A DNA stretch of 64,000 nucleotides, taken from contig CAVVEU010000040.1 in NCBI GenBank assembly GCA_963747235.1, forward strand, positions 96,001-160,000, given 5' to 3'. Shown here piece after piece: positions 54,803 to 64,000 of the stretch (the first letter of the stretch is position 1; every line of letters starts with the position of its first letter). The position numbers and the translations under genes were made by a program. The notes under the pieces are model-generated. The model had not been told where the DNA came from. It searched no databases and worked only from the letters and a program-made list of their open reading frames with translations. This stretch comes from an uncultured Candidatus Rokubacteria bacterium (lineage in GTDB: Bacteria; Methylomirabilota; Methylomirabilia; Rokubacteriales; CSP1-6).

Positions 54803-55790
54803 TCAGTTCCCGTGATAGACGACGCGGATCGGCTTGCGCCCCACCGGCACCGTGGCCAGGACCGAGCTGCTGCCGGTGTCGATGACCTTCAGGTCGTTCG
54901 AGTTCTCGTGCACCACGAAGAGCCGCGTCCCCTCGCGGTTGTTGGAGATCCCGTTCGGCCGCTGCCCCACGTCGATCTGCTCGAGGATGCGGAGATTGCT
55001 CGGGTCCGCGCTCACCACCACCACCCGGTTGAGGCCCGCGACGGTGACGTAGGCGTTCGGACCCTGCAGGCCCTTGAACCCGAAGGCGATCTGTTGCGGC
55101 CCCGGCCCCACGTTGATGGACCCGACCTTGTCCTGGGTGGCCGGGTCGATCACGTAGATGTCGGTGCCGCCCGTGTTCGTGCCCCAGATGCGCCCGTCGG
55201 GGCCCAGCACCAGGAAGTGCGGATTGGTGCCCACCGGAATCGCCTTCAGCACGCGGTGCGTGGCGGTGTCGATCACCTCCACCGTCTTGTCGCCCTGGTT
55301 GCTCACGTAGGCGAAGCGCCCGTCGCGCGAGAAGGTGAGGCCGGTCGGCCCCTTGCCCACCGCGATGGTGCCCAGGATGCGGAACGTGCCGGTGTCCACG
55401 ATCGAGATCGTGTTGTCGCCGATGTTGGCGACCCACGCCTGCCGGTTGTCGTTGGTGAGCGTGACCACGTGGGCCCGGTCGCCGGTGGCGATGGACGCCA
55501 CCGTCTCGAGCGCGCGCGTGTTGATGGCCGACAGCCGGCCCGAGGCCAGGTTGGTGGCGAAGAGCCAGCGGCCGTCGCGCGAGAGCGGCGAGGTCGTGGG
55601 TCGCGTGGTTGCGCGAGTCCACGGTCGCGATGACCTGGAAGGAGTCGCCGTCCACGACCGTCACCGAGTTCGAGCTCTCGTTGGCGACGAAGACGCGCGA
55701 CCGCGGCGCCTCCTCGGTTTCCTTCACGGCCATCTCGGCGCAGCCGGCCACGAGGCCGAGCGAGAGAGCAACTGGAATGATCGCGCGCAT
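54803..55790 (-). CDS. YVTN/YncE-type beta-propeller lipoprotein; frameshifted
   Basis: Lipobox LVAGC and repeated (A/F)YVxNxxxxTVxVID...IxVGxxP units. Confidence 0.88.
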
Positions 55791-55866
55791 GGACTCCTCC
55801 TGACTTCGGCTGGGAAAGCGCCCCCTACCTTGGTCCAGGAACCCCCGGCGAGTCAAGAGCCGTTCG

Positions 55867-55896
55867 TTGACAGCCCTCCGGAGAAGGGCTTAGTCT
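55867..55896 (+). promoter_or_regulatory. Sigma70-type promoter of the caspase-TPR pair
   Basis: TTGACA-N18-TAGTCT, 35 nt upstream of ATG 55931. Confidence 0.6.
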
Positions 55897-55930
55897 CTAA
55901 CCCAGGTCGAGCGGAGAAAACGCTATTCCG

Positions 55931-58666
55931 ATGACGTGGATACGACGCAGTAAGGGCACCGTTGCGGGCGCGATCGCCGGCCTCCTCGTGCTGTGCGGTG
56001 GCCTCACCGCGTGGGCCCAGGCTCCGAAGGCCGAGCGGCCCACCTACGCGGTCGGCGACAAGTGGATCCGCAGCGACGGCGCCTACGACCTCATCCGGAT
56101 CGAGAACGGCCGCTACGTCTTCGCGGCCGACGGCGGCCGCGAGGTCCACCTCACCCGCGACCTGGGCGTGGCCAAGATCGTCCGCGGCGGCCAGGTGCTG
56201 CTCGAGCTCGAGCCGCCGCCCGGCCTCACCTGGCCGCTCGAGATCGGCCAGTCGGGTGTGTCGTGGCTCACGCTCAAGAGCCTCGATCCGCAGTTCGGCC
56301 AGAGCGTGGTCCGCCTGACCTGGAAGGTCGACGCCTACCAGGACGTGCGCGTGCCCGCCGGCACCTTCAAGGCCTTCCGCATCGTGCAGGTGCTCGAGCC
56401 GCGCTTCCTCGCCACCTCGCCGCAGTCGCGGCGGCTCGAGCTCGCGTTCTGGTACGCGCCGGCCATCCAGCAGCTCGTGCGAGCCGACGGCAACGATCTG
56501 AGCGGGCTCGCGTTCCAGGCCGTCGCCCTCGACCGGCCCGCGGCGGCGGCGCTCGCGGTGGCGCTCGTCGATCCGAAGGACCAGGGCCGCGTGGCCACGG
56601 AGCGGATCACGCTGAACGGCAAGGTGACGGGCGGCACCGGCCCGCTCCGGATCGCGGTCACGCTCAACGGCGCCGAGATCGCGCGGCAGCAGGAGCCCGG
56701 CACGCCCGGCAAGGACGTGGCGCTGAGCGTGCCCGTGAAGCTCGCGCCGGGGCGGAACACGCTGATCGTCACCGCCACGGACGGCGCCGGCGTCAGCCGC
56801 CAGGAAGGGCGCGTGCTCTTCTACGACAAGCCCGCGCCCGCGGTGGCCGCGGCCCCGACCGCGCCAGCGGCGCCCGCGCGGCCCACGCCGCCGCCGCGAG
56901 CGCGACCCCGCCGCCCGTCGTCGCGCCGGCGCCGCCACCGGCGGCCGCCGCGCCGCCGGTCGCGCCCCGCCGCCACCGGCCGTCGCGGCGACGCCTGCGC
57001 CCAGCGCCAACGCCGACTCCGGCCCCGCCGCCCGCCGTCGCGCCGCGCCCGCGCCGGCCACGCCGGCGCCCCCGCGCCGCCACCGCCGGCGCGCGCCCGC
57101 ACCGCGCGAGCCCGAGCCGCCCGGCGACACCCGAGCCGCCGCGCGCTCCGACGCCGCCCCCCGCGGTCGAGCCTCCGCGGGCCCCGCGCCGCGCCGCCGG
57201 TCGTCGCGGCCGTGCCGCCCGAGTCGTCGGTGCGGCCGGCGAACGCGTTCCGCATCACGATCTCGACGCCCACCAACCAGGCGCGCGTGGAGCAGGAGAT
57301 GGTCACGTTCGCGGCCGTCGTGTACGGCGGCACCGGCGTGCGCCAGGTGCTCGTCACCGCCAACGGCGTGGAGCTCTGGCGCCAGGACAACCGCACGCAG
57401 CAGCCGTCCATGGCGGTGAATCTCCCGGTCAAGCTGGCGGAGGGCCAGAACACCCTGGTGGTCACCGCGGCCGAGACCGACGGCACGATGCACCAGGAGA
57501 TGCGCACCATCCACCACGAGAAGCTGATGCCGCTCGCGGTGGACGTGCGCTACCCGGAGGATCGCTCCCGCGTGACCGACGAGGCCAGCGTGGTGGCGGC
57601 GGTGGCGCGCTCCAGCAAGGGCATCAGCCGGATCACGGTGACGCTGAACGGGACCGAGGTGCATCAGCAGGAGGAGCGGAGCCCGCAGAAGACGATGGCG
57701 GTGAGCGCGCCCCTCACCCTGCGCGAGGGCGCGAACGCCATCGTGATCACCGCGCGCGAGCCCGACGGCGCGGCCCGGCAGGAGGTGCGCACCGTGATCC
57801 TGGAGCGCGTCAAGCCCGCCGTCCCGGTCGTCGTCGCGCCCCCGGCTCCGCCCGCCGCGCCGCCGTCCACCCAGTGGGCGGTCATCATCGGCGTCGGCGG
57901 GTACGAGAACTCGGCGGTGCCGCGCCTGCGCTACTCGGTGGCCGACGCCGACGCGATCTACCAGACGCTCATCAGCGCGGGCTTCAAGAAGGAGAACATC
58001 CTTCTGATGACCGACAAGACCGAGCGCAAGCCCACCCTGCGCAACATCAAGTGGGCCCTCGGCACGTTCCTCGCCCGCTCGGCCCACAAGGACGACCTGG
58101 TGATGATCTACTTCGCGGGCCACGGCGCCTCCGAGGTGGACCAGCGCGGCATCGAGCGGGACGGGCTCTCCAAGTACCTGGTCCCGGTGGACGCGGACCC
58201 GGACGATCTCTACTCGACCGCCCTGCCGATGGACGAGATGCAGAACGTGCTGGCCCGGATCGAGGCGGAGCGGGTCACCGTGTTCCTCGACGCCTGCTAC
58301 AGCGGCGCGGCGGGCGGGCGCACCTTCGCCTCCACCAAGACGCGCACCGTCAACGTGGACGACATCTTCCTCGACCGGCTCACGCGCTCCAAGGGCCGCG
58401 CGATCGTCACCGCCTCGCGACCCTCCGAGCTCTCCATCGAGCTGGCCGAGCTGGGCCACGGCATCTTCACCTACTACCTGGTGCGGGGCCTGCAGGGCTA
58501 CGCGGACATCAACCGCGACGGGATCGTGTCGCTCCAGGAGCTCTACGAGTACCTGGCCCAGGAAGTGAGCCGCAAGTCGCGCCAGGTGGGCGGCAACCAG
58601 CACCCCATGCTGAAGGGCGAGCTGGAAGGCGTGCTGCCGCTCACCCGCACCGGGAAGCGCAATTAG
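55931..58666 (+). CDS. Secreted caspase-family (peptidase C14) protein with an N-terminal VPAGTF-motif beta domain, three Ig-like repeats and a Pro-rich linker
   Basis: Signal peptide; catalytic YFAGHG and FLDACYSG; WAVIIGV; GHGIFTYYL; three GxNxxxxTAxxxDG Ig-like units. The linker probably contains compensating indels. Confidence 0.88.
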   Translation: MTWIRRSKGTVAGAIAGLLVLCGGLTAWAQAPKAERPTYAVGDKWIRSDGAYDLIRIENGRYVFAADGGREVHLTRDLGVAKIVRGGQVLLELEPPPGLTWPLEIGQSGVSWLTLKSLDPQFGQSVVRLTWKVDAYQDVRVPAGTFKAFRIVQVLEPRFLATSPQSRRLELAFWYAPAIQQLVRADGNDLSGLAFQAVALDRPAAAALAVALVDPKDQGRVATERITLNGKVTGGTGPLRIAVTLNGAEIARQQEPGTPGKDVALSVPVKLAPGRNTLIVTATDGAGVSRQEGRVLFYDKPAPAVAAAPTAPAAPARPTPPPRARPRRPSSRRRRHRRPPRRRSRPAATGRRGDACAQRQRRLRPRRPPSRRARAGHAGAPAPPPPARARTARARAARRHPSRRALRRRPPRSSLRGPRAAPPVVAAVPPESSVRPANAFRITISTPTNQARVEQEMVTFAAVVYGGTGVRQVLVTANGVELWRQDNRTQQPSMAVNLPVKLAEGQNTLVVTAAETDGTMHQEMRTIHHEKLMPLAVDVRYPEDRSRVTDEASVVAAVARSSKGISRITVTLNGTEVHQQEERSPQKTMAVSAPLTLREGANAIVITAREPDGAARQEVRTVILERVKPAVPVVVAPPAPPAAPPSTQWAVIIGVGGYENSAVPRLRYSVADADAIYQTLISAGFKKENILLMTDKTERKPTLRNIKWALGTFLARSAHKDDLVMIYFAGHGASEVDQRGIERDGLSKYLVPVDADPDDLYSTALPMDEMQNVLARIEAERVTVFLDACYSGAAGGRTFASTKTRTVNVDDIFLDRLTRSKGRAIVTASRPSELSIELAELGHGIFTYYLVRGLQGYADINRDGIVSLQELYEYLAQEVSRKSRQVGGNQHPMLKGELEGVLPLTRTGKRN

Positions 58667-60257
58667 CCGGCGCGGCTTCGCCCTGCTCGCCGCGCTCGCG
58701 CTGGCCCTGGGCGCGGCGCCGGTCGCCGCCCAGCCCGCCGCCGACGGCCAGAGCTGGGAGACGCCGATGGCCGCGGGGGATCGCGCCTACCAGCAGGGCC
58801 GCTACGCCGAGGCCGAGCGCTTCTTCGCGGCCGCGCTCGAGCGCGCCGAGCGCCTCGGGGCGCAGGACCCGCGCGTCGCCCTGAGCCTCGGCCTGCTCGC
58901 CGCGGCCTACCAGGCCGAGGGCAAGTACGCGCCCGCCGAGCCCCTCCTCCGCCGCGCGCTCGCCATCGCGGAAGGCGCGCTCGGCGCCGACCATCCGGAA
59001 GTGGCGGCCACCCTCACCGCGCTCGGCGCCCTCGGCGCCGCGCAGGGCCGCTACGCCCAGGCCGAGCCGCTGCTGCGCCGCGCGCTCGCCATCGACGAGC
59101 GCGTGCTGGGGCCGGAGCATCCCGAGGTCGCGGGCACCCTCGACGCGCTCGCCACGATCGAGCGCCTGCAGGGCCGCTACGGCGACGCCGAGATGCGGAG
59201 CCGCCGCGCGCTCGCCATCCGCGAGAAGGTGCTCGGGCCCGACCACGTGGACGTGGCGGCGAGCCTCACGACCCTGGCCGCGCTCTACCGGATCCAGAGC
59301 CGCTACGTCGAGGCCGAGCAGCTCGCCCAGCGCGCGCTCGCGATCCGCGAGAAGGCCCTCGGGCCCGAGCATCCCGAGGTGATCGGCCCGCTCGTGACGC
59401 TCGGCGAGCTTCACGCCGAGCAGGGCCGCTTCGCGCAGGCGGAGCCGCTGGGCCGCCGCGCCCTCACGATCGCCGAGAAGACGCTGGGCCCCGAGCACCC
59501 CGAGGTGGCCGGCGCGCTCGACCTGCTGGCCGGCCTGGCCCGCACCCGCGGGCGCTACGCGGACGCCGAGACGCTCGGTCGGCGCGCGCTCGCCGTCCGC
59601 GAGAAGGCCCTGGGCGCCGAGCATCCGGACGTCGCGGCGACGCTGGCCGGGCTGGCCGAGCTGTCCGCGCTGCGCCAGAACGCGACGCAGGCCGAGTCGC
59701 TGGCCCGCCGCGCCCTGGCCATCCAGGAGAAGGCGCTCGGCCCCGAGCATCCGGACCTGGCCCGGAGCCTTCGCGCGCTCGGGGAAGCCCAGCGGCTGCA
59801 GAACAAGTACGCGGAGGCCGAGCCCAGCTACCAGCGCGCGCTCGCCATCGACGAGAAGCGCCTCGGGCGCGAGTCCCCGCGTGTCGCCCTCGATCTCGGG
59901 AGCCTCGGCACGCTCTACCGCCTGCAGAGCAAGTACGCGCAGGCCGAGCCGCTCTACCGGCGCGCCCAGGCCATCGGCGAGAAGGTGCTGGGCCCCGAGC
60001 ACCCGCAGGTGGCCGCGACCATCGTGGATCTCGCCTCGCTCTACCGCGCGCAGAGCCGCTTCGCGCAGGCCGAGCCGCTCTACCAGTGGGCGCTCACGCT
60101 GCAGCGCAAGGCCCTCGGCCCCGACCACCCCGAGGTCGCGGAGAGCCTCGAGGAATACGCGGCGCTGCTCAAGCAGATCAATCGCGAGCCGGAAGCCGCC
60201 GAGATGGAAGCACAGGCGCGGGCCATCCGCGCGAAGGCGGGCGCGCCGGCGCGGTAG
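58662..60257 (+). CDS. Exported tetratricopeptide-repeat protein (eleven 42-aa kinesin-light-chain-type repeats)
   Basis: Eleven LGxxHPxVA...Y..AEPL..RAL.I repeats. An in-frame signal peptide SRRGFALLAALALALGAAPVAAQ lies upstream of the called ATG at 58767. Confidence 0.88.
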   Translation: MSRRGFALLAALALALGAAPVAAQPAADGQSWETPMAAGDRAYQQGRYAEAERFFAAALERAERLGAQDPRVALSLGLLAAAYQAEGKYAPAEPLLRRALAIAEGALGADHPEVAATLTALGALGAAQGRYAQAEPLLRRALAIDERVLGPEHPEVAGTLDALATIERLQGRYGDAEMRSRRALAIREKVLGPDHVDVAASLTTLAALYRIQSRYVEAEQLAQRALAIREKALGPEHPEVIGPLVTLGELHAEQGRFAQAEPLGRRALTIAEKTLGPEHPEVAGALDLLAGLARTRGRYADAETLGRRALAVREKALGAEHPDVAATLAGLAELSALRQNATQAESLARRALAIQEKALGPEHPDLARSLRALGEAQRLQNKYAEAEPSYQRALAIDEKRLGRESPRVALDLGSLGTLYRLQSKYAQAEPLYRRAQAIGEKVLGPEHPQVAATIVDLASLYRAQSRFAQAEPLYQWALTLQRKALGPDHPEVAESLEEYAALLKQINREPEAAEMEAQARAIRAKAGAPAR

Positions 60258-62003
60258 CCGCGCGCTAGGCGCACTCGCGGGAGCTGACGCGCAGGAGACA
60301 CAGGCGCATCACGGGCGTAACGAGTCAGGTCGTCGGTCGGGTCGCCCGCGGATGCAGCACATCGATCGCCCAGCGGACGTCCAGCCGCTCCCCGAACCAC
60401 TGGGGGAGCCCCGTGCGCGCATGAAGATTGAGCCCTTGCGCGGCGTTCTGCTGCTCGGATCGCTCCGGCTGGATCAGCAGGTACCACGGCCGGCGCCGGG
60501 ACGTCGGGCAGCGGCCGGCCATCCGGCCGTCGGAACTGGAGAGCGCCGTCGGGTAGTCGCTCGACCTGGTAGCCCTCCTCGTGCACCGCGCGGTGATGCC
60601 GGCGGCAGAGTAACGCGAGGTTCGAGAGCTTCGTCGGGCCGCCGTGAGCCCAGTGCCGCACGTGATGTCCCTCGGCGATCCGGACGTTGCAGCCCGGGAA
60701 GCGGCAGGTCTTGTCCCGATGCTGCAGCGCCCGTCGGAGCGCCGGCGGGAATCGTCCGCGTCCGGGCGCCCGACCTCGACCACCCGCCCGTCCTGGTCGT
60801 GCCGCATCACCACCCGGCTCGCGTCGCACGCCAGCCGCTGCGACGTTCCCGCGGGAACGTGCGCGCCGTCCTCCAGCACCGACTGCCCGGGCTGGGCCGC
60901 GTTCGCCAGGACCGCGGCGTCCACGTGGACCACCACCTGATAGCGCTCCCCTGGGGCTCCGGATCGAGCTCGTGATGCAGCGCGGTCTCCGCCAGCAGGC
61001 CAACGCGTCCGCCTGCTGCTGCGGCCGGGTCGGGGTCTCGGCCGCTGGGTCGGCGGCGGAGACGGCCTCGTCGGCACGGCGCCGCTGGTAGAGCGTCTCG
61101 CGGGCCGCGTCGAGGGCCCGCAGGAGCAGCGCACCGACCTCCGGGGTCAGGCGCCCGCGGAGCACCACGGTGCCGTCCTCATCCTGGTGGACATGCAGGG
61201 CTCGGCCCGCGTGCTGGCGGACGCCTTCTCGGGCTTCGGCCTGCTGATCCAGCCGGCGCCAGCCCCGCACGATGCTCTCCACGTGGACCGCCGTGCCCGC
61301 GCGCCCGACCGCGAGCAGGCGCGCCTCCGTCTCCGGGGTCGCGATCCGCGTCAAGGCGCGGACCTTCGCGTAGGAGAGCTCGCCGCGCGCCATCGCCTCG
61401 GCCAAGGCCGGCAACGTCCCGAGGGCACGCGCCACCCGGACGTGCTCCCGGGCAGCGCCGGGGGCGAGGCCGACGCGCCAGGCGAGCCACTCCGCGCAGG
61501 AGCGGAAGCCGTTGGCCCAACCTTCGCGCGCATCGAACTCCCGGATCAGCGCGAGAAGCCGGGCCGTCGCCGCCTCGAGATGCGCCGAGAGCTCGGCGAT
61601 CTGATCACCCAGGCGATCCAGCTCCGCGAGGTGCGGGGGGTTGGGTTGCGACGGTTGCAACGGAGCGGGAAGGTCCGGCGGGCGTGGGACCATGATGAGT
61701 CTCCTTTCTGTTACGAAGACTCTAAACCCTGCTTCCTCGAGCGCCTGGGACCGCCCACGTTGCGCGAACTCGAGAGCGCAGCGATGATCGATCGTCTCCC
61801 GCATCGCGGCCGTGCATCAGGCGTCGGAGGCGCGCCGCACGATCGGGATTCCCCACGCGCACTGGACACGCGACGAGGCCGTCGAAAGATGCCGTCAAGC
61901 GGAAAATGCGAGACGATCCCGCGTGCTGGCGAACGAAGCTGTGGGGATACCACTCAGCGAATGCGGCTCAGCGAATACGCCTACGGGTGCCCACCGCGCG
62001 CTA
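60258..62003 (-). mobile_element. Putative ~1.74-kb DUF222-HNH insertion element
   Basis: Direct repeat CCGCGCGCTA at 60258-60267 and 61994-62003; imperfect inverted repeats (11/13) at 60266-60278 and 61971-61983; lies exactly between two convergent stop codons. Confidence 0.55.
60325..61693 (-). CDS. DUF222 (13E12-repeat family) HNH endonuclease; frameshifted
   Basis: FDAREGW...SCAEWLAW, GELSYAKVRALTR, QRLACDA, and HNH RDKTCRFPGC...HHVRHWAHGGPTKLSNLALLCRRHHRAVH; RBS AGAAAGGAG. Confidence 0.9.
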
Positions 62004-63330
62004 CCGGATCTTCCCCGCCGCGGCCTCCGCAAGCTCGCGGGCCCGCGCGTAGCCGGCCTTCGCCGCGGTGTCCCACTCCGTCTCCATCCGCGACTTCACC
62101 TCGGGCTTGTCCTTGAACGCCGCGTTGACCTCGCGGTCGGAGGCCGCGCCGGGCGTCGAGCGGCACCGTGCTCGCGAGCTTGCGGGCCTCCGCGAGCTGG
62201 GCAGCCGCGGCCTCCACGTTGCGGCCGCCCGCCCGCGCCTTCGTCACCTGCGCGTCGGCCGCGTGGATCGCGCCCCAGGCCGCCTTGAGCTCGGCGTGGC
62301 GGAAGGTCACCACCTGGTCGAAGAGCGCGTTGACCACGTTGCGGCGGCCGGAGGAGAGCTTGTCGTCGAAGTCCACCCCGCCCAGCTTCATCGTGAACGG
62401 GTTGGGATAGCCCTTGGGCGCGCGCGCGTAGAGGCCGGGCACCACCGGCAGCCGGCCGATCTCGGGCGCGAAGAGCCGGAGCTGCCCCTCGTCGCCCAGC
62501 AGGTAGTCGACGAAGGCGCGGGCATTGGCCGGGTTCGGCCCGTTCTTCACCACCGCCACCGAGGCCGGCACCACCGAGGTGAGCGACGGATACGCGAAGT
62601 CGATCGGCTGACCCGACGCGATGGCGGAGAGCCCGAAGAAGTCGATCACCACGCCGATGCCGTACTGGCCCGAGACGACCGCCTCCGGCACCCCGAAGCT
62701 GCGCTCGGTGATCGAGCCCATGTTGCCGCCGGTCTGCAGCAGCAGCGCCCAGCCCTTCTCCCAGCCGTAGGCCTGCAGGATCACCTCGACGGTGAGATGC
62801 GTCGTGCCGCTGCGCGAGGGCGCCGAGATCACGAGGTGGCCCCAGTAGCGCGCATCGGCCAGGTCCGTCCACTCGCGCGGAGCGGGCAGCTTGTGGAGCG
62901 CCAGGTAGCGCGTGTTCCACATGAGGCCGTAGCCCGAGACCGCGAAGCCCCAGTAGTAGCCGTCCGGATCGTGGAGCGGGAAGCTGCCGATCCTCGCGGG
63001 GATCCGCGCCAGCGTCTCCTTCGGCAGCGCGACCTTCTCGAGCAGGCCGTCGGCCTTCAGGGTCTGGAAGGCGTCCACCGCCGAGACCCAGAAGATGTCG
63101 GCCTCCGGCCGGCTCCGCGTCTCGCGCAGGTAGGTGACGCCCTGGTTGGTCTGCTGCTGCTTCACGATCACCTTCACCCCCGGCGTCTTCTGCTCGAAGG
63201 CCTGCTTGTAGGCCTCGAAGAGCTCCTTGGGGAACGAGGTGAGCACCACGACTTCCTTCGTCGCGGGCTGGGCGGACGCGGACACGACACCCGCAAGGAG
63301 CGCGAGGGCGGCGAGGGCGACGCGGAGCAT
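62001..63330 (-). CDS. Periplasmic ABC-type solute-binding protein, PgtC-like; frameshift near the C-terminus
   Basis: Signal peptide; SGYGLMWN, LPAPREWTDL, SAPSRSGTTHLTVE, GWEKGW and RSFGV resemble the PgtC/AfuA-type family as I recall it (no search run). Confidence 0.8.
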
Positions 63331-64000
63331 CAGGAGCGCTTGAGCACGAAGACGGTCATGTCGTCCTGCAGGCGCGACCCGGCCCGCTGGAGCACCTCCG
63401 CGGTCAGCCGGTCGGCCAGCGCCTGCGCGCTCAGCGCGCGCTCGCGCTCGAAGAGCGGCAGCAGGGCCGGGATGCCGGGCCGGTGGCCGTCCTCGCTCTG
63501 GGCCTCCACGATGCCGTCGGTCAGCAGCACGAGCGTATCGCCGGGGGTCGCCAGGTTGAGCTCGATCTGCAAGAACGTGGAATCGGGGAACACGCCGAGC
63601 ACGGTGCCGCCCGCCGGGCCGAGCGAGGCTCCCACCGCGGGACGGTCCGCGCGCATGATCACCGGGTCCGGGTGGCCACCGCCCGCGAGCACCACGCGGC
63701 CGGGGTCGCTCGGATCCAGCGCGGCCAGCACCAGCGTCACGAACATGGACGGCGGCATGTCCCGGCAGAGCGACGCGTTCAGCCGGGTCAGCACGTCCGC
63801 GGGCTGGGGCAGGTCCCGCGCGATCTCCCGCAGGAGCGTCCGCACCATGACCATGAGGAGCGCGGCGGGAATGCCCTTGCCGGAGACGTCGCCGACCACC
63901 ACCCCGAGCCGCTCGCCCATCGGGAAGATGTCGAAGAAGTCGCCCCCCACGATGGTGGACGAGCGCAGCACCGCCCCCGCGTCGAGCCCGGCCACGCGCG
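63330..64000 (-). CDS. SpoIIE/RsbU-type PP2C phosphatase (C-terminal part; the gene starts beyond the window)
   Basis: VGGDFFD, GDVSGKGIPAAL, MFVTL, GGHP, LTDGIVEA, DDMTV. Confidence 0.93.
   Translation of the reverse strand, partial: RVAGLDAGAVLRSSTIVGGDFFDIFPMGERLGVVVGDVSGKGIPAALLMVMVRTLLREIARDLPQPADVLTRLNASLCRDMPPSMFVTLVLAALDPSDPGRVVLAGGGHPDPVIMRADRPAVGASLGPAGGTVLGVFPDSTFLQIELNLATPGDTLVLLTDGIVEAQSEDGHRPGIPALLPLFERERALSAQALADRLTAEVLQRAGSRLQDDMTVFVLKRS

Noticed and set aside
56830-57230. Arg-rich low-complexity stretch in the caspase protein
   Set aside because: Probably a Pro/Ala linker read out of frame between compensating indels.
58767-60200. 126-bp periodic repeats resembling an array
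   Set aside because: These are coding 42-aa TPR repeats, not CRISPR; there are no invariant repeats with unique spacers and no cas genes.
55931-60257. Craspase/TPR-CHAT type anti-phage system
   Set aside because: The protease is a C14 caspase domain rather than CHAT, both proteins carry export signals, and no gasdermin, Cas7-11 or NLR partner is visible.

Overview
Very GC-rich bacterial DNA, almost all coding and mostly on the minus strand. It carries many single-base indels that split ordinary genes, most likely long-read or assembly errors, so I stitched genes across frameshifts and some boundaries are approximate. Gene content (several Liv-type ABC systems, a giant multi-GAF kinase) suggests Ca. 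Rokubacteria/Methylomirabilota, but that is inference only. 1-18.5 kb: Liv-type transporters, an acyl-CoA ligase, and a branched-chain acyl-CoA catabolic operon (GntR, etfBA, two acyl-CoA dehydrogenases, a B12 mutase with isobutyryl-CoA-mutase residues, ilvE), then trpD. 18.5-25.7 kb: a roughly 2,400-aa hybrid histidine kinase with ten tandem GAF domains. 25.8-39.4 kb: another Liv system, beta-oxidation genes, apt, HAD, rhodanese, and an ABC/MFS unit. 39.4-52.8 kb: a complete Pel-type exopolysaccharide locus in which PelA and PelB are each split into two separately exported proteins, headed by an anti-sigma-kinase/STAS fusion. 52.9-64 kb: small orphan genes, FecR-domain and beta-propeller genes, a secreted caspase-family protease with a TPR partner, a DUF222-HNH gene bounded by a 10-bp direct repeat and imperfect inverted repeats (candidate transposase-free mobile element with a structured leader), a PgtC-like binding protein and a PP2C phosphatase. 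An ~82-bp palindromic dispersed repeat occurs twice. I saw no rRNA, tRNA or CRISPR array.
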